Shown: positions 24,969 to 38,370, numbered from the stretch's first letter. The stretch is 64,000 nt of DNA from Eledone cirrhosa (GCA_964016885.1 OZ024741.1:112530001-112594000), one strand, 5' to 3'. Notes: a model not told the origin generated them from the letters alone. Translations and numbers: made by a program.

Positions 24969-25910
24969 CCTTACAGCTTGATATGTATAATTACATCTAT
25001 ACTTATATGACTTGGATAATTTAAGTCATTCGTTACACCACGTGGTATGCTGGGAAACTTAGGATTGCATGGATTCACAACTCCACAGCTATGATGCGGA
25101 GGTATTGATCTCAACATGAGACTGGAGTGGATGGTATTGTAGTCGTAAGGGGTAACACGAACGAATGGAACACGTAGATACATGTATGTATGTATATATA
25201 TATATATGAGTGTGTGTGTATGTACGTAGGTCTAGTTAGACTTACACACACACACGCAAACGTTATATTCTACTGATATCCGTGATGATTGCTTTCACCT
25301 GTTTCCACTACGCCTTCCTTTAGCGACCTATATGTTCTGTGAACCACACACATAAATTGCATTTGAACGCCACCTATAACACTTGTTGCCATAATGTGAT
25401 GGATACATGGAATTCCACTATATGATCGTTTTATCTGGCTCCCGCTATATCTGACTCTGCCTACATCATTCACTTTCGTTGATATTATTCTTAAACTGTC
25501 ACCTCTGAAATCCTTTACTGTCTACAAGTACATTTATTTGCATTGCTTATATAATGTGTTATCTTTTATGTTTCATTTTTATTTTTATCTTTATTTTCAT
25601 CACCTAGTTTTATTCTCATTTTTATTTTGATTATTTTTTATAATTTTTTTATATTTTCTTATATTATCATCACTTTATTGTTATCTTCATGTTATCCTTA
25701 CTTCTAGACTCTACTCTTTACGTTTTATCTCTTATCTTTAATTTCCTTATCTTTTATTTTTCCTTATCTTTAATTATTGTAACTGATTTTGGTCTTATAA
25801 GTATCGGCTTTTAGCGGTGACGCGTCGTCCAAGCGCCGCACTCTTCTTAGTCCTCTGTGCTACACATGGATCGTAGAGTTTATACTATTGATCTAATTCC
25901 TCTTTATAAC

Positions 25911-25955
25911 GCTCTGATGAGTACTGCAATTATGCAAAGACGAAACACTGTCAGC
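25911..25955 (+). ncRNA. Minimal hammerhead ribozyme in an orphan pLTR-like segment
   Basis: gct-CTGATGA-gt...tgca(atta)tgca...ac-GAAA-cactg-TC-agc, immediately followed by aataaa. Confidence 0.75.
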
Positions 25956-25996
25956 AAATAAAGATTAATTGATGAAGTAAGCACCCTTTGTTTTTG

Positions 25997-26043
<47 letters not shown>

Positions 26044-26204
26044 AATATATGTATATATATATAAATATATGTATATATATATATAAATATATGTATATAT
26101 ATATATATGTATGTATATGTATGTATGTATGTATATGTATGTATGTATATATATGTATGTATGTATATGTATGTATGTATATTTATATATGTATATATAT
26201 ATAT

Positions 26205-26486
26205 ATGACCCCTTAGCCTTTGTCAAGGCAGAATTCTAAGAGAAGGAAAACTCTGATATAACACCTGCAACTCTGTTGATATCTGGAGATCTCTCTGCAC
26301 TTGTCCTCACATGGTACCATGGGCCCAGCACTATGTGTCAATAATTGTCACAAGTGTAGTGTTTGTACCAGAGTTTTCAAGTCGCTGGCTGGACTAAAAA
26401 GTCACACTCGTTCAGCGCTTCGGTAGGGGTTCTCCTACATGGATATAAAGTAGTGGCCGTACTCGAAAACGAGTGGGCAGCCACCA
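26205..26486 (+). mobile_element. Non-autonomous RTE-derived element, copy 5 (truncated, internally deleted)
   Basis: Matches the other copies, with a deletion near 26275. Confidence 0.7.
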
Positions 26487-26492
26487 TGTATA

Positions 26493-26525
<33 letters not shown>

Positions 26526-26549
26526 ATATATCTATACATATATGTATGT

Positions 26550-26587
<38 letters not shown>

Positions 26588-26596
26588 GTACATTTA

Positions 26597-27204
26597 TGTC
26601 AGGTCACCAGTTGGTGCTACTGGTAACATGTATCCCAGTACAACCTCTCATGGTCGGGTCGTTGGCGACTAAACTGGCAACCCCACTAAGGTTTCTTGGT
26701 GAGGAGGGTGACTTTGGACATCCTGCAAGACTAAAAGCAAAACCTGTCAAAGGGCAAAGGAGCTCTTAAGAGTCAATGGCCATCCAAAATTCACGGGAGA
26801 GATGACCCCTTAGCCTTTGTCAAGGCAGAATTCTAGGAGAAGGAAAACTCTGATATAACACCTGCAACCCTGATGGTATCCAATGATGTTGACTTGTTCT
26901 TCTTTATGGTAAATATCATCTTGGTTAAGAGAGTGGGACTGGCTTTGTGCAGTGCCTTTGCTCACTATAAAAGCTTCACGGCACAGGTATTGCTTTATAT
27001 CTGGAGATCTCTCTCAACTTGTCGTCACATGGTACCATGGACCCAGCACTATGTGTCAATAATTGTCACAAGTGTAGTGTTTGTAGCAGAGTTTTCAAGT
27101 CGCTGGTTGGACTAAAACGTCACACTCGTTCAGCGCATCGGTAGGGGTTCTCCTACATGGATATAAAGTAGTGGCCGTACTCGAAAACAAGTTGGCAACC
27201 ACCA
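26597..27204 (+). mobile_element. Non-autonomous RTE-derived element, copy 6 (full length)
   Basis: Starts tgtcaggtcacc and ends gttggcaaccacca followed by microsatellite. Confidence 0.7.
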
Positions 27205-27288
27205 TGTATATATACGTATGTATATATATATATATGTATATGTATGTACGTATATATATGTATATATATATATGTATGTATATATATG

Positions 27289-28806
27289 TTATCTCTTTCT
27301 CTTAATTTCGAGTATATTGTTTTGACTGGCCACCTTCCTGGTGGCAAGGTTGTAAAAGAAAAGAAATTGTCATCCCTTGAATCGCAAGAATGTTTTGAAA
27401 ATTTTGAAGGTGCTAGCTATTGCAGCCATTTGTAGACTATGTATTAGGGAACTGCGCTCTTTTTCCGTAAATCCAAGTTCAGTCATACTTTGGTCCAAGC
27501 GGGTTGGTATATAACCCGTAGCTCCAATAATGATGGGTATGAAGCTAAAGGTGTATCTTGGATACTGGTTTTGTAAACTCATCAATGGTCCGTAGATGTC
27601 CTCCTTCTCCTGTATTTTTCTGACAACGTTAACATCAAGTGGGCAGCTGATCTCCACAACAGAACACGTTTTCAGTGTGTGGTCCCAAGCAACAATATCA
27701 GGCCGGTTGTGCTTTAATTTGGTAGCAGGTTTTATTTTCAGGTTCCACCAGTATTCCTTAGTGCCATCTGTCTCAATATATTCTCCCTCGTTTGTTGTTA
27801 ATTTTGTTTTCCGAAGTGCGTTCCAGATGGTTCTAGCTATCCCATCGTGTCTCATGGGAGGTAGTAGCGAGATGACATTCTTTCGCAGCTGGCAACAATG
27901 TGGCTTACATCCTCGATCTTTGCTTTACATAGCCTACATTTATTGTCAGCTGATGGCCCACCCCTTTTGTGCAGCAGATATTTGGTAGGGAGTTCTTGTT
28001 CCTGCATTGCATAGAGATATCCTTCAAGGTGTGATGTCATAAACTTGTCGGAACTCCATGCCAGGCTTTTTGAGTGGTTTATCCCCTCTATGGTCTGAGT
28101 TTTACGCCTCAAGTATCCATGCACAACTTTTTCTGTAAATTGGTCAATTTTTTCATCTTGTTTGAACATTGAATAGGATCTTCCGATTTCTCTGGGTGAG
28201 AGATTTATATCAGGCTTTATTCCATATCTCTCCTCCAGATCAGTGGCTATTCTAATGATATTTTTTTTTCATGCTCACAAACCTGGGCAAGATGGTTGCC
28301 AACCTTTTTCCTCTGTTGAAAATGTTGCTTTAGTGTTACTATCCGGGTCTCATATGATGTTAATATGGATTTTAGATCCCTGCCACCATCCTTGCGTGAG
28401 AAGTATAGCCTATCCACATCACCATTGATGTTAAAGTTCCCAGTAACACTGAGAAGGTTGCGAGTTCTAACATCCATCTCACTTAGTTCTTGCAATGACC
28501 AGTTCAGCAGGCCAAATGTTGGCGTTAGAATTGACACAGCATAAGTATTGTGGGCAATGTATTTGTTGTACGCTGACAGTTCTGATGACCCTATTTTCTT
28601 TACTCTTCTGAGGTATTCAGTTCTAGTTCTCTCCTTATTTATGGGTCCATCATATCTGACATTCTCTTCCTGTCCAAGATATCTGTAGTTGTCACCTGAC
28701 TGTAGAGGTTGTATTGTCAGGCCGTTCATCTCTAGATTTCTAGCTCTTCCACGTTTTACTGCCAAATATGCACACTTGGACTCACCAAATTTCATTTGGA
28801 TGTCTG
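27289..28806 (-). mobile_element. R4/Dong family A, 5'-truncated copy
   Basis: YRYLG, CCHC (CRLC...HIVASC) and RLE domain. Highly similar to 8701-9990. Confidence 0.85.
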
Positions 28807-28852
28807 TATATGTATATGTATGTATGGATATATGTATGTATATATATGTATA

Positions 28853-31377
28853 TTCTTCTGGTTTTATAATTTCACAAAGTTTTACCAATAGAGAGAGAAT
28901 CGGTTTCTAACATAGACACAAGACTCTCTCATCAGAATTTACACAACATCAACTAGGTAGATTATGTATGCATGGAATGCATGTGTAGATATGGATGTTA
29001 TTGTATGTGTGGATGTGTATGTTTTGAGTTGTATGTGTGCATGTGTATATGTTTTGTATCTGTACATGTGTATATGCAGTTATTAGATGCAACATTTTTG
29101 GAATGTTTTACATATTTTTATACTGTACTTGTAATTTCCTAACTAGTTGTGTTCTTTTTGTTCCTGTGAAGCCTAGCTTCTTAAGATTTGTATTGAGGCA
29201 GTTACTAACATACCCAAGTACCCAATAATCACAGGCCTAAATCTGAAGGTGTAATCAGGGTGGAGTATCTGCAGATTTCTCATCAGTTCAGCATAAATAT
29301 TCTCCTTTTCGCTAATCTTTGATATTATATTGGCATCTGCTGGGCAACTAATTTCCACTACTGTACATGCTTTCTTCTCCCTGTCCCCTATCATAATATC
29401 TGGTCTGTTATGCCTGCATTTTATTGGGGTTTTTACTGGAACATTCCACCAGAACTCTTTCATATTATGTATATGTATGTCTTCCACATTGCTGTAGCTT
29501 TTAATGTGTTTATTATCGGGGCTATCTTTTCTACGGATTGCATTGTACAGTGTTTTGGCCACTACATCATGCCTCATAGGTAGATAGTACTGCGATGACA
29601 TCTTTGTGCAGCTGCTGATGACATGGGTGACATCTTCGATGTTAATTCTGCAAAGTCTGCACTTGTTAGCACATCTAGGTGTTTTGTCTGCATCCATATC
29701 TCTTTTGTGAATCAGGTATTTTGTGTTAATTTCCTGTTCTTGGATTGCAAAAGCGTATCATTCAAAGTGGGAGTCAATATAGCGGTTGTTGGTCCAAGGT
29801 AGACTACTTTCCTTATCTATATTACTCTCACTCTGGAGCTTCCTGGCAACATATCTGATAAGCATGCAGTTTTTCATCCATGGATTCACTGCGATACTGC
29901 TGAGCGACTTCTCTGGGTGGAGTTTTTTTATTATCACAGGGAAAATCTCTTGAGGAGTTCCTTCCCAACTTTCATAATTTTATCTGTTTCATGCAGATAG
30001 ACTTGCTCGAGAGACGGGCTCCTACGCTTCGAGGTTTGTAGATGTTGTCGGAGGGATATGATGCGACATTCAAATGCTGTCTGGACCGATGTTAGGCCTC
30101 TGTCTCCCTGCTTACGTTGCAAGTAAAGGCGGTCTATGTCACTGTTGATGTGGAAGTTTCCGGTGTTGTTTAGTATTTTTCGAGTTCTAACATCAACTGC
30201 TCAGATTTCAGAGAGTTCCGATGACCATATCTTTCTTAATCAGGTGTAGTATTCCATGGTTACGCATTCCTTATTATAGATACCATTATAGGATACGTTC
30301 TCATCTATCCCCAGGTATCTGTAGCACCCCTCATCAGATATCGGTAAAACAGTTAAGCCATTGTTGACAATGTTGCTAGATTGGGTTGTTGTTTTTCCTC
30401 ACTTGACAGTGATATATGAGCATTTATCTTGGCCAAACTCCATTCCTATATCCTTCGAGAACGTTGTCACCAGGTCAAGATTTTTCCTCATCCCATCCAT
30501 GTTCTTGGCATAGAGTTTCAGATCATCCACATAGAAATTATGGGTTAGGTCCGTATTTCTGTCCTCCTGTGAGCCAATGGTGTATCCTTCACATTTCTTG
30601 AACAGAAAGGACAAGGGGTTTAATGACAGGATGAATAATATCACAGAGAGACTATCTCCCTGAAGTATACCCCTGCGATATTTTATTTTATCAGTTAAAA
30701 TAGAGTCCTCCTTCTCTGTCTTTAACTTTAGGATAGTAGCCCAAGAAGAAGACAGCTTCTCTATGGCACTGATAATAATGTCTGGGACTTTAGCAAGTTG
30801 GAGGGCCTCTATCATCCAAGAGTGGGGAACAGAATCGAAAGCTTTCCTGTAGTCCAGTCAGACTGTAGACATATTCCTCCTAAGTTGTCGCATCTTCGAC
30901 ACCGCAGTTTTGTTGATTAGGAGTTGTTCAGCACATCCCAAACCCCTTTCTTTCCAGCTGCTTGTTCATCTGTGATGATGTTATTATTTTCACAGTGATC
31001 TTGGAGGAATAGGTTCAGGCAGGCTGTATACATCTTAAACATCAGGTTCTGGCATGCAATGGGTCAGTAGTTTTTTGCCAAGTGGGTGTCTTTGTTCTTG
31101 GGGACTAGTAATGGTTGTGCTAATGTCAACCATTCTGGTATAAGTGTATCTCCCTTAAGAACTTGTTGGTAGAGGTCAGTAAGATACCTCCGATAGAATA
31201 TCAGTTTTTTTGTACCAGTAGCCGACAATCATGCTCTTCCTGGTGTTTTCTTATCTTGAAGTTTTCCTATCACAGTCTCAAGAGTAACCTCACTTATTTT
31301 GTATGTTTTTGTTGTAGTGTAGGAGCAATAGTTCTTTTGGATTTCTTTTAGCCACGCTGCATCTTGGTTGAAATTCT
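28853..31377 (-). mobile_element. R4/Dong family B, degenerate
   Basis: DYRKAFDSVPH, GILQGDSLS, FYVDDLKLY, CRLC...HVISSC, RHDVVA...NRPDIMI...EISCP. Confidence 0.85.
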
Positions 31378-31490
31378 ATATGTATGTATATATATATATA
31401 TATATATATATGTTTATATGTATGTATATATGTATGTATATATATGTGTGTATGTATATATACGTATGTATGTATATATATGTATGTATG

Positions 31491-33060
31491 TTCTTCTGGT
31501 TTTATAATTTCACAAAGTTTTACCAATAGAGAGAGAGTCAGTTTCTAACATAGACACAAGACTCTCTCATTGGAATTTACACAACATCAACTAGGTAGAT
31601 ATGTATGTATGTATGCATGCATGTGTAGATATGGATGTTATTGTATGTGTGGATGTGGATGTTTTGAGTTGTATGTGTGCATGTGTATATGCTTTGTATC
31701 TGTACATGTGTATATGAAGTTATTAGGTGCAACATTTTTGGAATGTTTTACATATTTTTACTGTTCCATTAATGGATTGTACTTCTAATTTCCTAACTAG
31801 TTGTGTTCTTTCTGTTCCTGTGAAGCCCAGCTTCTCAAGATTTGTATTGAGGCAGTTACTAACATATCCCAGTACCCCAATAATCACAGGCATAAATCTG
31901 AAGGTGTAAATAGGGTGGAGTATCTGCAGATTTCTCATCAGTTCTGCATAAATATTCTCCTTTTCACTAATCTTTGATATTATATTGGCATCTGCTGGAC
32001 AGCTAACATCCACTACTGTGCATGCCTTCTTTTCCCTGTCCCATATCATAATATCTGGTCTGTTATGCCTGCATTTTATTGGGGTTTTTACTGGAACATT
32101 CCACCAGAACTCTTTCATATTATGTATATGGATGTCTTCCACATTGTGTAGCTTTTAATGTGTTTATTATCGGGGCTATCTTTTCTACGGATTGCATTGT
32201 ACAGTGTTTTGGCCACTACATCATGCCTCATAGGTAGATAGTACTGCGATGACATCTTTGTGCAGCTGCTGATGACATGGGTGACATCTTCAATGTTAAT
32301 TCTGCAGAGTCTGCACTTGTTAGCACATCTAGGTGTTTTGTCTGCATCCATATCTCTTTTGTGAATCAGGTATTTCGTGTTAATTTCCTGTTCTTGGATT
32401 GCAAAAGCGTATCATTCAAAGTGGGAGTCAATATAGCGGTTGTTGGTCCAAGGTAGACTACTTTCCTTATCTATATTACTCTCACTCTGGAGCTTCCTGG
32501 CAACATATCTGATAAGCATGCAGTTTTTCATCCATGGATTCACTGCGATACTGCTGAGCGACTTCTCTGGGTGGAGTTTTTTTATTATCACAGGGAAAAT
32601 CTCTTGAGGAGTTCCTTCCCAACTTTCATAATTTTATCTGTTTCATGCAGATAGACTTGCTCGAGAGACGGGCTCCTACGCTTCGAGGTTTGTAGATGTT
32701 GTCGGAGGGATATGATGCGACATTCAAATGCTGTCTGAAGATTTGTATTGAGGCAGTTACTAACATATCCCAGTACCCCAATAATCACAGGCCTAAATCT
32801 GAAGGTGTAAATAGGGTGGAGTATCTGCAGATTTCTCATCAGTTCTGCATAAATATTCTCCTTTTCACTAATCTTTGATATTATATTGGCATCTGGTGGG
32901 CAGCTAATTTCCACTACTGTGCATGTTTTCTTCTCCCTGTCCCCTATCATAATATCTGGTCTGTTATGCCTGCATTTTATTGGGGTTTTTACTGGAACAT
33001 TCCACCAGTACTCTTTCATATTATGTACATAGATGTCTTCCACATTGTGTAGCTTTTAAT
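31491..33060 (-). mobile_element. R4/Dong family B, two fused 3' fragments (junction ~32737)
   Basis: ORFs 31723-32142, 32115-32351 and 32588-33043 repeat the CCHC/RLE region. Confidence 0.85.
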
Positions 33061-33125
33061 GTATGTATGTATGTATGTATGTATGTATGTATGTATGTAT
33101 GTATGTATGTATGTATGTATGTATG

Positions 33126-33179
<54 letters not shown>

Positions 33180-33260
33180 GATAAGCAGAACAAGTAAAAT
33201 TCAACCAATTTTTCAAAATAAATAAAAAAATATAATATAAATATTTACCTCTTCTAATGG

Positions 33261-33339
33261 CCCTTACTGATCAGTTTCGCTTTGTAAAACCCCAGAAATC
33301 CGATGGATATCTGATGGAAAACCAAAGCTCATCAGAGAA
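33261..33339 (-). ncRNA. Hammerhead ribozyme with extended stem II
   Basis: ttct-CTGATGA-gctttg...caaagc-GAAA-ctgatcag-TA-aggg. Stem III actgatcagt is a perfect 10-nt palindrome. Confidence 0.85.
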
Positions 33340-33743
33340 GCATTTTCCTTTCCTAGGGCTAAAAGAGCCAGGAACGATAAAATATATGACCTCCTACCAG
33401 CTAACACAGGTCTGAAAGGTCGTGAAAGTGACCCGTATGTAAACCGGTCCGAAATAAAAGCGGGAAACCACAGACTTGCTGTCTACAATTACTACTAAAA
33501 AAATAGCAGCTAAATAGAACAGATTTGTTCTCTACATAATGGAGTATAATGAATGAAGTTAATATGTCCAAGGATACTAAGTACCCCTAGAAATACATAG
33601 GTTGTCTATGATTCAAAGTTGTTCAATGGTATTAATTTGATATACCAGAACTTTAATATTAAGATAAGCAGAACAAGTAAAATTCAACCAATTTTTCAAA
33701 ATAAATTAAAAAATATAATATAAATATTTACCTCTTCTAATGG

Positions 33744-33822
33744 CCCTTACTGATCAGTTTCGCTTTGTAAAACCTCAGAAATCCGATGGATATCTGATGG
33801 AAAACCAAAGCTCATGAGAGAA
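33744..33822 (-). ncRNA. Second hammerhead copy with G5C core change
   Basis: Core reads CTCATGA (plus-strand g33816 versus c33333 in the first copy). Confidence 0.75.
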
Positions 33823-34689
33823 GCATTTTCCTTTCCTAGGGCTAAAAGACCCAGGAACGATAAAATATATGATCTCCTGCCAGCTAACACAGGTCTGAAA
33901 GGTCGTGAAAGTGACCCGTATGTAAACCGGTCCGAAGTAAAAGCAGGAAACCACAGACTTGCTGAGTATAATTACTACTAAAAAAAATAGCAGCTAAATA
34001 GAACAACAGATTTGTTCTCTACATAACGGAGTATAATGAATGAAGTTAATATGTCCAAGGATACTAAGTACCCCTATATATGTATATATATGCATATATA
34101 TGCATTCTCACTCATGATTGAGTGTGTTTACATACACATTTATGTGTATGTGTATATCTGATTGTATCTCTCTGGAGGGACACTCACCAATGTTTATATA
34201 TGAAATATGTGTATGTGCATTTTGTAGGAATATATTTATGCATGCTTTCATGTACGTATGTGTTTTATATGCACATATATATACATACATTATACACAAT
34301 TTCACTCAATTTTACACATAGACATCTACACATCTATATTTTTATACAATAAATCAAACCCAACAAGATGCTATTTTAAGTAACACCTGTATATATATAT
34401 ATATATAATGAAATATGCCTACAAAAATTGTGTACATTTGAAGTATTTGTACCCAAGCATCCATTTAATTATGTTTGTTGTAAAACATTATAAACACTGG
34501 CATTTATAATGTATTCTATATAATCTTATGAGTGTACACTATTTTCAGTACATATGTACCCTACGTATCGAGTACTCTCGTGCATTATGGTCCACCTGGT
34601 ATCTTACCACTTTCTTTGTTTTATATATATATATAACATTGAAAGAGATAGAAGACTAAACAATACAAAATGAACTGTAAGATGAGGTA

Positions 34690-36910
34690 ACGAAAAGTAA
34701 AAGTTACCTGGTAATCTTTGTTTTGTTTTTTTGTTGTTGTTTTTCTTTTTTCTGTCCAATATTTCGGGTCCCAAAAGTCCCTTCTTCAGGTTTTAAGCAA
34801 CCTTCAGTAGATAATATTCCAACTTCCTCTCTTTGGGATTAAATTTTGATTTTGATTTAAATTTTTCGAAGTCGTTTTCAAGCATTTTTATTACAGTTAT
34901 TTCACTTTCCACAAGAATGACGTCAATCGCCCATATAGTATTTCACGAAATCAGTTTTCTTTTTTGTATGAGATGTTTAGTTTGTGTGCCTGTGGGTGTG
35001 TCTTTTTATGTCAAGTACTGTGTGCTGAGTTCTAATCTATTATTTTTTTGCAGGTTGAGTCTACTTATGAGCAACGCTTCCTTAATACTTAAATTGCTCA
35101 CATTGCTATCACTGTCTTTAATAGTAGTGGTAACATGCTGGTTGATGTTTCTACAATTGTCAATGTGTTTTTCAAAGGAGGATGCATGTGTGTTGAGGAT
35201 TTTTTTAATGCGAGTGTGGAGTGCTTAAGTCGTGATACTATTGTAGTACTTCTTACATTTGTTACATTCAATCCGGTATACCATGTGTGTCCACTGGCAC
35301 ATACCTCTATTGCAGATAGGGCAGTTAGTCAGCGAGCAATAATTGTTGTTGTCTCTGGATTGCTTTTTAGACAGGTATCCATGCAGTGAAGGGCCGGAGT
35401 GTGCTAATTGTATGTCCAGTCCTTCTTTGCAGATAGCTCTGGTTATGCTTTTGCTGAAATGTAGTAATTTCATGAAGCAAGTGTTAGAGGTCTTATGCCT
35501 GTGGCGCCTTCAATTCTTAAGTCGATTCACTGTGGATGTTGGGTATCTATTCGTCTTCAATACGTCTATGAAGTGTGCAGTGTGAGTGATATGGTCTTCT
35601 GTCTTGCTACATTTATTCCAGATACAGGTAAGTTCATTTCTTATACATCCAGTTTTAGCATCAAGGGGAAGGGCTGATCTATAATGCACAAACAGGTCTC
35701 TGCTGGTAGCTTTCCTATAGAAGTTGGTGTATATAGTACCTTCTTTTGTTACTCTAAGTTGGAAGTCCAGCAGAGACAAGGAACCATTTTTATTGAGGCG
35801 TTCTGTGGTAAATTGTATGTTGTTATCTGTTTGAAAATGCTGTAGATATTATGTCGGCCTCCTCATGGGATGATGTGAGGATGAGTATATCATCTATGTA
35901 TTGGGTGAAGAAAACACAGGAGCGGCAGGTGTTGAGCGCTTGACGTTCCAGTTGGTTCATATAGGTGATGGCTTGAAAGCCTGAAAAACTGGACCCCATG
36001 GGTAGGCCTGTTGTTTGTTTGTATGTGTGGTGGTAGAAAGTGAAATATATATTTTCTATGATGACGGATAGAAGCTGATGTATATCTTGTGGAGTGAGGT
36101 TGAAGCAGTATATGTTGTATGAAAGGATGCAGTCAGTCACTAGGTTGACTGCTGGATGAGCGGGTACTATCCTGTAGAGGGAGACAACGTCGTGGCTAAA
36201 GGCATATCTGTTGAGTTTAAGTTGGTTAGGTTGTAGTTGATGTAGTCTTTGTATGACTTCGTTGGAGCTGCTGACATGTCCAAGAAAAGTAGTAAGCATA
36301 GGCTTGAGGATCTGGGAGAAGAACCAAGAGATGTTATAGAGGAGTCCTTCTATACTCAGGACAATTGATATAATCTGTAGATTAACTCTGGTTCTGTGGG
36401 TTTTAATGAGGTGGTAGAACATTGTTAGGCTGCTGTTGCTGGTGGTGAGGTTGATTTTACATTTGTTGGGGAGTTATCTATGTCTGCAGATATCCATCCA
36501 GGTGGTGTTGATGTGATCTTCAGTTTGGATTGCTGCTATATCTGTCACTTCTGTATATAATTCACCATTGTTAAGGTGCTCATATGTCAAGCTGTTGTAT
36601 GTGTCCCTCGAGATAACACAGAATGTTTTCCCTTTGTTGGAAGGGAGGTAGGTATACAAGGTCCTTCTCTCACATGTTGTTTAGAATGAGGTGGTCTTTT
36701 GTGGAGAGGTTAGGGAATACCTTCTTATGTTTCAGTAATCTGCTAAAAATAGACTGCTTAAGCCTGGAGAGTTTGTGGTCAAGCTCTTGGTTGATAGGCA
36801 GTGGAGAGAGTGGGTGGTCTAAGTGGTATATAGGAAATTTAGTGTTGTTCATTGCAGTAGTAGTGTTGTTGTCAGTGGCATTGTTTATTACTGCGAGCCA
36901 TTTGAGTTAG
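34690..36910 (-). mobile_element. Degenerate Penelope-like element (RT, GIY-YIG, pLTR with a weak HHR at 34755-34791)
   Basis: FYHLIKTH, FSHDVVSLY, GLPMGS, YIDDI, YRK, CPIC...VYRIECNKCKKYY, IKEALLI. Downstream CTGAAGA-a-ggg...ccc-GAAATATT. Confidence 0.85.
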
Positions 36911-37344
36911 TAGGCAGCTCAGCGAAAGCTGGCTTCAAGATTTAGTGGTGTCAAGTGCATGATTATCTCTCTAGTGTTGGTGAGTGGCACGATAAATGCA
37001 CATGTAAAGTGGTTGGTGGTAGTAATGGCATCCAGATTTAGAAAAACTGTCAAACAAAGAGCCAGGAGAACTTTTTAGATAACCTCCCTATATTTAGTTT
37101 TGTTTGTGAATAATTCATTGACATCAGAAAGATAAAAAGATGGAGTAGACCTAAATGTAGAGTAACAAGAATGTAGAGATGTAACTGAATTGATATCACA
37201 GGGTATTTTTCTGATTCTATCTTACACTTGGAAATGATGCGGGCTAACCTATTATTTTTGAAGAGAAACTGGCATATACATGTTGCATTTGGGCTTTTTA
37301 AATAATAAATATTCAATGAGGTCAATCTTGTTCTGCAAACAAGA

Positions 37345-37402
<58 letters not shown>

Positions 37403-37747
37403 GGAATCTCAGACATTGGGACCACTGGGGGTGTTCAAGAAGGCTAGGAGGATGAAGGACTGGAACTATCTTTAACCAATGGTTAAGTGTTATTTACAAC
37501 CTTTGTGATGATGCAGTGTGTACTAATGTACTAATTCATGTTACCAGGGCTTTGAGGAAACAACACCAATAACCTGGTGCATAAGTAATTTTTATTTTTG
37601 TTCATGACATTTTATTCATGTAACTTTCTGTTCATATAATAGCTGTCTGATGAGGCTGTAACTGTTACATAAGTTACCACTGAAATATGTATAACAGTGA
37701 TTGTGTAACAAAACAATGAGATACTACTGACTTCTACATCATTGCTC

Positions 37748-37895
<148 letters not shown>

Positions 37896-38024
37896 TCATT
37901 ATTGTTTAATATCCACTTTCCCTCTGCTAGCAAGTGTAGGATGATTTATTAGTAGACTGGGTTGATACTCAAAACGGAAATATTGATCCCACAGTGAAAT
38001 GGCATATATACATATATGTGTGTG

Positions 38025-38060
<36 letters not shown>

Positions 38061-38065
38061 TATAT

Positions 38066-38116
<51 letters not shown>

Positions 38117-38219
38117 TGTGTATATATATGTATATGTGTGTGTATATATACATATATATGTATATGTGTGTGTGTGTATATATATATATATACACACACA
38201 CATATATATATATATAGGA

Positions 38220-38370
38220 GGGGCTTGCACTCAGTTTCTGTTTACCAAATTTTGCTCACAAATCATTGATAAAACCTAAGCTATAGTAGAAACTCCCCAT
38301 CAAAGTGCCATTCAGTGTGACTGAACACGAATCTACATATTTGTGAAGCATGCTTTTGAACCACACAGCA
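38220..38370 (-). mobile_element. Degenerate tRNA-SINE (related copies ~53354-53700 + and ~62165-62310 -)
   Basis: A/B-box-like head, followed by shared ttctactatagc and tttggtaaacagaaactg motifs. Confidence 0.55.

Larger units (their letters stand above)
33174..34075 (-). repeat. ORF-less 483-bp tandem unit (1.9 copies), each with an HHR
   Basis: 33174-33589 matches 33657-34075 with period 483. Bounded by (TA)n-type repeats. Confidence 0.9.

Noticed and set aside
26600-26740. Possible HDV-like ribozyme at the 5' end of the non-autonomous RTE (ggtcacc/ggtgact as P1)
   Set aside because: I could not find P3/L3, P1.1 or P2 in the required order.
28895-28940. Minus-strand CTGATGA...GAAAC in the Dong-B 3' UTR
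   Set aside because: Stems I-III do not form, and the second copy reads CCAATGA. Not a hammerhead.
29755-29765. In-frame TGA shared by two Dong copies, as a possible selenocysteine codon
   Set aside because: It aligns to Gly (LEGYL in family A), not Cys, no SECIS was seen, and the sharing is explained by duplication.
37280-37345. Minus-strand QNKIDL resembling a small-GTPase G4 motif exon
   Set aside because: The frame closes shortly after, and no other GTPase motifs or exons were found.
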